This document shows, piece by piece, positions 26,908 to 64,000 of a stretch of DNA of 64,000 nucleotides. Under the pieces are notes generated by a model. That model was not told where the DNA came from. It saw only the letters and a list, made by a program, of their open reading frames with translations, and searched no databases. Source of the DNA: Eledone cirrhosa (lineage: Eukaryota). How positions within the stretch are numbered: the stretch's first letter is position 1; each line of letters starts with the position of its first letter. Location of the stretch: assembly GCA_964016885.1 (NCBI GenBank), contig OZ024762.1:8618001-8682000 (forward strand), read 5' to 3'. The position numbers were made by a program, and so were the translations under genes.

Positions 26908-28161
26908 TCACCTCTTAGAGCTAAGAGATTTCTTCTCTCTACTGTGTATCAGTTCGTGTCTTTTTAAGAGAGTTTTGGTGACAAAAGATTTCCCACACAT
27001 GCCACACTGATAGGGTCTTTCTCCAGAGTGTATTCGTCTGTGCATGTTTAAATCACTATTATTGACGAAAGATTTCCCACATATTTCACAGGGACAGGGT
27101 CTTTCTCCTGTGTGTCTACGTTTGTGGCTGATAAGATCAGAATGACGAGAGAAAGATTTGCCACACATCTCACAGAGATGTGACTTTTCCCCAGTATGTA
27201 TTTGCATGTGGAGTACAAGAGAAGAATTCTGAGAGAACGATTTATCACATATATCACAGTTGTAGGGTTTTTCTCCTGTGTGGATTTGTCTGTGGCGTTT
27301 TAAATCGTGATTTTTCAGAAACGATTTCCCACATATTTCACAATGGTGAGGTTTTTCACCAGTGTGTATTTTCTGGTGAGTATTTAATAGACCGTTTGAG
27401 AGAAATGATTTCCCACATATTTCGCAGTAATAAGGTTTTTCTCCTGTATGCATCCTTTTGTGCATCACAAGTTGTGAATTTCCAGAGAAAGATTTCCCAC
27501 ATATTTCACAGTGATAGGGTTTTTCTCCAGTGTGTATTCTTTCATGACTTTTTAAGTCACTGTTATTAACAAATGACTTCCCACATATTTCACAGTGATA
27601 CGGTTGTTCCCCTGTATGTCTACGTTTGTGAACAATAATATTAGAATTATCAGAGAATGATTTACCGCATATTTCACAGTGAAACGGGTTTTCTCCAGTG
27701 TGTATTCTTTTGTGTCGTGTTAAATTACTATTATCAACAAAACATTTCCCACATATTTCACAGGAGAAGGGTTTTTCTCCGGTGTGACTCCGTATGTGGA
27801 TAACAAGATGATAATTCTGAGTGAAAGATTTCCCACATATTTCACAGTGGAAGGGTTTTTCTCCAGTGTGTATTCTCTTGTGGTTTATAAAATGACTGTT
27901 GCACATAAAATATTTCCCACATATTTCACAATGATAGGGTTTTTCCTTCTTGTGCGTTTCTTTATGCGTGAATAATTCATGTTCAGAAGAGAATGTTTTC
28001 TTACAAATCTCACAACTATATTCAGGAATATTTCCATGAATTAGTCCTTTAGTAAACGTTTCACTTTGTAAAGGTTTATCACCGCCGAATGTCTGTGTCA
28101 CAGAATCTATATTGGTAATAACAGCTGTGTTTGAAGTGTCCAAATTATTAACGCCCTCCAT
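26908..28161 (-). CDS. C2H2 (Kruppel-type) zinc-finger protein, 417 aa, 13 tandem fingers, single coding exon
   Basis: 13 CxxC-x12-HxxxH repeats with TGEKP-type linkers in an uninterrupted ORF. Splice acceptor TTTCTCAG lies 15 nt upstream of the ATG. Confidence 0.96.
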   Translation of the reverse strand: MEGVNNLDTSNTAVITNIDSVTQTFGGDKPLQSETFTKGLIHGNIPEYSCEICKKTFSSEHELFTHKETHKKEKPYHCEICGKYFMCNSHFINHKRIHTGEKPFHCEICGKSFTQNYHLVIHIRSHTGEKPFSCEICGKCFVDNSNLTRHKRIHTGENPFHCEICGKSFSDNSNIIVHKRRHTGEQPYHCEICGKSFVNNSDLKSHERIHTGEKPYHCEICGKSFSGNSQLVMHKRMHTGEKPYYCEICGKSFLSNGLLNTHQKIHTGEKPHHCEICGKSFLKNHDLKRHRQIHTGEKPYNCDICDKSFSQNSSLVLHMQIHTGEKSHLCEMCGKSFSRHSDLISHKRRHTGERPCPCEICGKSFVNNSDLNMHRRIHSGERPYQCGMCGKSFVTKTLLKRHELIHSREKKSLSSKR

Positions 28162-29169
28162 CGTAATTCTTGAAAGCTGAGAAATGTCTGTGATTATAAT
28201 TTATTATGATTCAGTTTCTCGTCTTAGATATCCAGTAACACTATAAATTGTGTAGTTACATTAATTAAAGTCATTAAAAGTTGGAGGCGTCATTGGTAAT
28301 ATAGCTCTGCTGAACTGAAACCGGTGACACGAGTTATAAGTCCCCAACACAATGTAATACATTCAGAAACAACCCCTTCAATTGTATCTCACCAATGGTA
28401 AATAATATTTTAACAAAACATCACCCTACAAAATAACTATTACGTATCAACGAGGCAGTCTCTAAGAAGTCACTTGAGTTGCTAAAAACTGTAACCAAAT
28501 CACCTCGTTACAAACACAGACGTAAATATTCTTCGATATAGAATGTTTTCTTAATGGTTGGTAACGACAGAAACGACTTTTATCAAAGGTCTACACAATA
28601 ACATTTGATTTGGAGCTAAACAATAATTAAGATACGAAAAAATAGACAAGATAGCGGGGGAAGAAATGAAGATGTTTGGATACATCTATATAAATGTTGA
28701 CGTGAGATGTTTTAAAAATACTTACTCGGTAATTTCATTATATATGCTGTCAATAAGACATTTAGACTGACAGTGCTGTAAATTAGTAGTTTCTAAAACT
28801 ATTATTAGTTTACATAAATCTATGTCACTAGTCATATTTCGTAGGAATAATTCTTAACCACAATGGAGAATTTAAGGATCGCGATTTCCAAAACAAATTA
28901 CAATGGTTATGTTAAATTTGGAATAATATCAAATATATTTGTATTTTTTAATGCGTGATATGTTACATTTATAGTTAATAATGTGTAATTTCAGAAAATT
29001 ATAAAAGCCAGCAGTTCATTACGAAGTGTATTTAAAATACGTGTTTCAGTTCTTGTAGGAGTTAAATGGATCGCAGAGTATAGATTAGTTTGGTCTGGGC
29101 TTTACAAACGGAGGTCACTCTAATGTCAACATTGTAATATGCACGTGTGCGGTATATGTAAACATTAAT

Positions 29170-31345
29170 ATGGTTTCTTATATAGGCACAAGGCTAGCAA
29201 TTTGGGGGGAGGAGAAAGTCGATTAAATCGACCCGAGTGCATGACTGGTACTTTATTTTATCGACCCCGTAAGTACGAAAGGCAAAGTGAACCTCGGCGG
29301 GATTTTAACTCATATCATTAATATGAACCTAAACCATCGCTACCACAATGCCGGTCAATGTAGGAGAACGTTCCTTGACGTGCTAAACTCCTGTACAAAG
29401 CGGGGTAGATTTTTACTATTACACCGTTTGAGGGTGAAGGTGTGTTAGAAAATTATAAATTATGCCTTTTTCCCTATTGTTTTTAATGTGGCCTTCAAAA
29501 CCATAATATGGTAGTTTTTTTGGAAGGGGGGTAGGGCAGCCCCCACCCCATCCAAGAACTTCATAACACCCATCACGGAGACGAATGTAATAATGGTTTC
29601 TATTTTGGGGACAAAGCCAGCAATTATAACAGTGTATTACTGGTATTTTATTTTATCGACCCCGTAAGGATGAAAGGCAAACTTAACCTCGGCGTGATTT
29701 AAACTCAGAATGTAAAGGGCCATAACTATGCTGCACAGCATGGCATCTGACGCTCCACTGATACTGCCAAACCATGTAATAATGGTTTCTGATTTAGGCA
29801 CAGGGCCAAGTCGATTAAATTGACTACATTGCATTACTGGAACTTTATTTTATCGACCCTGTAAGGATGAAAGGCAAAAAGCTAACCACAGCGGGATTTG
29901 ATCACACAGCGTAAAGGGCCGTAACTCTATGCCACAAAGCATGGTGTCCGACACTGCCAATCCAACGCCCTTGAAGACGTTATATTTGGGGAGGGTCATG
30001 TTGTCCTAATATTGCCAAAAATAGTAAAACACACTCACTGTTTGGTTTGGCTTCAGTTTCATAGGGGCACCGTATTGATACAGAGTATTTCTTAGGGCAC
30101 TTTAAAAACCGCTAGAGTCCATCCTCTCTCCAGGCCTAAACACAGCAGATTTCTTCCGGAGAAGAAAAGAGAGTGAGGGGAAAGAAGTGAAAAAGAGATA
30201 TAGAAGAATAATCGACACCAGTATTAGACTGGTACTTTTTTTATCGACCCCGAATGGAAAGTTGACCTTGCAGAGAGTTGGAACGAATATGGGAAAGCGT
30301 TCTATCCAACGTTCTAACGACTCTGCCAATTTGACACCTCCACATAAGATATAATAATTGTTTCTACTTTTGGCACAAGGCCAGCAATTAGACCAGTGCA
30401 TTACTGGTACTTTATTTTATCGACACCGTAAGGATGAAAGGCAAAGTTAACCTCGGCGGGATTTGAACTCAAACCGCAAAAGGCCGTAACTCTACGCGCA
30501 ACGCATGACGTCCGACCCTCTACTGGTTATGATAATATTATGTAGGCGGTGCCATTGACAATGTTTCACCCCACACTCCATCAGAATGATGCTGGTGACA
30601 CAAGTTAAAATTCTTCAACAATTTAATACATTTAATACATAAAAATAAAATACATTTAATACATAAAAATAAAATACATTTAATACATAAAAAATATTTC
30701 AACAGAATTGGCCAAGTAATAAGTTACAAAAGTGATTTTTTAATATATCAAATATATAATCGTTGTTTATAAATAATAATAATAATTTCTTTATTAGCCA
30801 CAGAGGCTCATACACACAAGGGTTATAAACTTTAGGGTTACAATACATGTTGAGTTGGACAAAGTTATATAAAACGAATATATGGACATGGATGTTATAT
30901 AATGGACAGAACAAAATTTGATGTAAAAACATGAAATGAGTGTAAATCTCTTTATAATAATGGTTTCTGATTTAGACACAAGGCCAGCAATTTTGGAGGA
31001 GGTTAAAGCCATTTAAATCGACCACAGTGTGTGACTGGTACTTTAGTTTATCACCCCCGTAAGGATGAAAGGCAAAGCTAACCTCGGCAGGTTTTTAACT
31101 CAGAATTTAAAGGGCCATAACTCTATGCTGCAAAGCATAATGTCCGACGCTCTAACAATACTGTCAATCTACTGCCCCAATACACATTGATTAACACAAA
31201 ATATATTTCTAATTGAGGCAAAAGGCCAGCAATTTGTGGAGGGGTGAAAGTCAATTCTATCGACCTAAGTAGTTTACTGGTACTTTATTTTATCAACTCC
31301 AGAACGATGAAAGGCAAAGTTGACCTTGGCAGGATGTGACTGAAG
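29170..31345 (-). mobile_element. Cluster of ~7 tRNA-derived SINE family 1 copies
   Basis: Repeated CTGGTACTTTATTTTATCGACCCCGTAAGGATGAAAGGCAAAGTTAACCTCGGCGGGATTTGAACTC. On the minus strand this gives a tRNA-like head (TGGCAGTATCGG, GAGTTCAAATCCC). More copies at ~21605, 23830, 35080, 40778, 44703, 48590, 49010, 50140, 52280 and 63215. Confidence 0.85.
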
Positions 31346-31570
31346 AATTTTGTCCAACATTCTAATTATGTTACAAACCCCAATGTGTTTTTTAAGGGAT
31401 GAGAAGGACCCAGACAAACTTTAAAATGAGAAGGTAAAGGGACATAACTAAATACCACAAGGTGTCAGATGTCCTGCCAATTTTAACATAAACATACATA
31501 TACATGTGCACTCATACATATTTACACGTATAAGGTAGTTTTTACATTTATATACATCATACATACATGT

Positions 31571-31605
<35 letters not shown>

Positions 31606-31799
31606 TTAATTACCCCCAATTGAACCTGGGATACATACACACTCATCCACTTTTCTAAAGAAATAAATCATACACAAAATACCAGCACCAACAGTTGTCC
31701 AAGAGATGTCAACATGAATGGACCTGTTATTTTTATCTAAAGACATTTTTTCCAACTCCACCCCGCCTGTCCCTTCAATTTATCTTATTTCTCATTCTT

Positions 31800-31835
31800 T
31801 CTTCTGATGAAGGACTAGCGTCCGAAACGTTAAGA
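31800..31835 (+). ncRNA. Minimal type I hammerhead ribozyme motif (family A)
   Basis: TCTT CTGATGA A GGAC TAGC GTCC GAAA CG TT AAGA; lies in a repeat element at ~31700-31915. Confidence 0.8.
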
Positions 31836-32137
31836 CCCTCTTCCTGCTATATCAAGCGTTAACCTAGTATATACTGTACCGATTGTGTTGTTATTTCTGT
31901 TTACCTTTTACATACATACATATATACATATTTATATATACACACACACATACACATATTTATATACATCATACAATTAAGAATAAAAATGATATACATA
32001 CTATATAGACTTGTGTATAAATTCAATCACCATTTTATATACAATATTTTTGGTTCAGTATTTGTATATTTTAAGGTTTTGTATGGCCAATAGGGAGGGA
32101 CAGGGTGAAACTTATACGACAGTATATACGGAGTGTG

Positions 32138-32179
<42 letters not shown>

Positions 32180-32807
32180 TACATATATACACACATATAT
32201 GCATACATATATACACACATATATACATATACACACACATATATATACACACATACATATTTCAAGTATTAACAATTGTTTCATTGATCAGGTGAGTCTA
32301 AAGGCCATTAATCACTCGACCTTAAATACAGTGTTTACCTCTGATCAAAATATTGATTATTCTGAGGATTTGATCAGAGGTAAACACTGTATTTAAGGTC
32401 GAGTGATTAGCGGCCTTGAAATAAACCCCCTTATTGTACAGCCGACCATGTTATTCTTCATTCTTTCACTATTATTACTCAAAGTATAACCTGCATAGGA
32501 ATTCTCGCAACCCCGCTGCCTAACTATGGAAGCATCTTGTTGAGTCAAACAAAGCCGTACGTTAAAACTATCCACGACGCGGAGTACTCACAACCTCTAA
32601 CTGAATTACCTATAACGATAACTTGTTATCCCATATATATATATATATATATATATACAATATACATTATAGATATATATATATATATATTGTCATATTT
32701 ATGAAATATGAAAAAAACCAAATGATGATTGGTTCTTTGTGTTTCCCAATGAATAGAATTCTCTCCTGTGTCTTTTGTTTTAAGTCTTGTATTCTTACTG
32801 GAATAAA

Positions 32808-32873
<66 letters not shown>

Positions 32874-33223
32874 ATATACATTTGGAGGGTCATGCTGCCA
32901 ATAAAAATACATGCACCTGTTGGTTTTCACTTCAATTTATGATAATTTTACGGTTGGTTGGTTGGTTTGATAACTGGATGCTTGTTTATATATTGTTAAA
33001 TCTCTTTCGTCAGACACTCTGTGGCCTCCTCAGTGACTAGGCTTTTATTTTGTGTCTCTCCTTTGTTCTGTCCTACACCATCTGTCCAACCAACTGGAAA
33101 TTCATAATAAATAGAAGTGAAAACCAACAAGTGCATGTGTTTTTATTGGCAGCATGACCCTCCCAAAGTATAACAATATCTGTTTCAACACACGTTTACA
33201 GATAAGTAATCTTGCAAAACAAA

Positions 33224-33226
<3 letters not shown>

Positions 33227-33316
<90 letters not shown>

Positions 33317-33520
33317 ATATGTATATATATATATGTATGTATATATATATATGTATATATATATGTATGCATATATATATGCATATATATATATGCATAT
33401 ATATATATATATGCATATATATATATATAAGCATATATACATATATATAAGCATATATATATATATATATATATATAAGCATATATATATATATAAGCAT
33501 ATATATATATATGTGTGTGC

Positions 33521-33576
<56 letters not shown>

Positions 33577-33581
33577 CTATG

Positions 33582-33613
<32 letters not shown>

Positions 33614-33913
33614 TATGTATGTATATATATATATATATATGTCAAGTAAGTATGTTTTGAAACAGTGAGCAGGTTTTAAATTAGAAAATAGAATAGCTTT
33701 CACTGTATTTTTGACTAAAAGAATTTTAGCCTGATAATGGGGTTTAGAACCCTCAGATAAATGGAAAAAGATGAGTATTGACGTACATGACATATATATA
33801 TGTATGTATATATGTATGCATATATATATGTATGTGTATATGTATGCACATATATATATATATGTGTATGCATATATATATGTATATAATATATATGTAT
33901 GTATATATGTATG

Positions 33914-33950
<37 letters not shown>

Positions 33951-34146
33951 TCATAAATATATATATATATATGCATATATATATGTATGCATAAATATAT
34001 ATATATATGCATATATATGTATGCATAAATATATATATATATATGTATGCATATATATATATATATATATATATGTATGCATATATATATATATATATGT
34101 ATGCATATATATATATATATATGCATATATATATATGTATGTATGC

Positions 34147-34180
<34 letters not shown>
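33227..34180. repeat. Compound (TA)n / TATGCA microsatellite tracts
   Basis: Directly visible; they produce the spurious YI-repeat ORFs. Confidence 0.97.
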
Positions 34181-34755
34181 TCATATCTCATTGTGTGTTA
34201 TCAATATTGTTTACCCAAGCAGCAACAGTTGTTACTGTTGTTTGTTTTCTTTATCTTTCACTTTAACTAAATAGTTAACCTTTTTGATACCAGACCACCT
34301 GAAACTGCTCCTGGTTCTACAATTAAAAAATGTTTGTATTAAAGTGTTTATATTTGTCTGTTTCCAAAACTAGCTTAATAATGAGAAAGTTAGTTATATT
34401 ATTAAACCCCAGAAATTCTTAATTAATTCAAAATTAACTGAAAATTTCAGGTAGTGTCTTTCATTAGAAATATGGTAAAGAAAGGCTTAAAGAGTTTATA
34501 TTTATCTTAAAACCTTCCATCATAATTTTATGCCAAAGTTATTTTCTAAACACCAGCTTAATGAGAAAGATAGTTATATTACTAAATCCCTCATCTAAAT
34601 TCTTGATTATTTTCAAAATTATTTGAAGATCATAGGCAGTGTCTTTCTTCAGAAATATGGTAGTGAAAGGGTTAAAGGATTCTGTTGTGGTTTGGTTTTG
34701 TTATTTTTTTGGGGGTTTATTTTCGTTGTTGCTTTGGTTTATTGTAAAAACATTT

Positions 34756-63812
<29,057 letters not shown>

Positions 63813-64000
63813 CTGAAATCAGATGAAAGTGAGACAAAGATTTAGATGAAAGAAGATGAAAAATGAAATGGAAATTAAATGAAAATGAGATGAAAATGAT
63901 ATAAATAGTAAAACTACTACTACTACTACTGCTGCTGCTACTACAATCACCACCACCTTAATAATAATAATAACAATTACATAATATTGCCAATCCACCA

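Noticed and set aside
27048-27975. ORFs overlapping the ZNF gene
   Set aside because: Shadow frames of the zinc-finger repeat.
28721-28800. Possible 5' UTR exon of the ZNF gene
   Set aside because: Only a GTAAGT donor on the minus strand, with no other support.
33154-34274. YI-repeat ORFs (also ~55600 and ~43800) and poly-T/V ORFs at 50150-50979
   Set aside because: Microsatellite artefacts.

Overview
AT-rich eukaryotic genomic DNA saturated with (TA)n microsatellites. The SINE/RTE repertoire and an intronless C2H2 gene suggest an octopus or other coleoid cephalopod (inference). (1) 1-20918: head-to-tail array of a ~8.2 kb unit, about 2.5 copies visible and open at the left edge. The unit is made of an internally deleted Helitron, RTE and CRE-like LINE 3' fragments and a ~1.15 kb foldback. 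(2) 26908-28161 (-): 13-finger C2H2 zinc-finger gene with decayed finger relics downstream. (3) 34756 to beyond 63812 (-): SLC37A3-like sugar-phosphate exchanger with 12 confident exons plus up to 3 small phase-1 exons; its 5' end lies outside the window. The most notable non-genic signal is about 15 type I hammerhead-ribozyme cores (CTGAnGA...GAAA-palindrome-TH), from intact to degenerate, in at least four families of short non-coding elements. These elements sit in or beside (TA)n tracts and often carry an inverted partial copy of themselves, like Penelope pLTR or retrozyme elements. Several minisatellites have expanded from inside MITE/SINE bodies. All calls were made by eye; no alignment, folding or database search was run.
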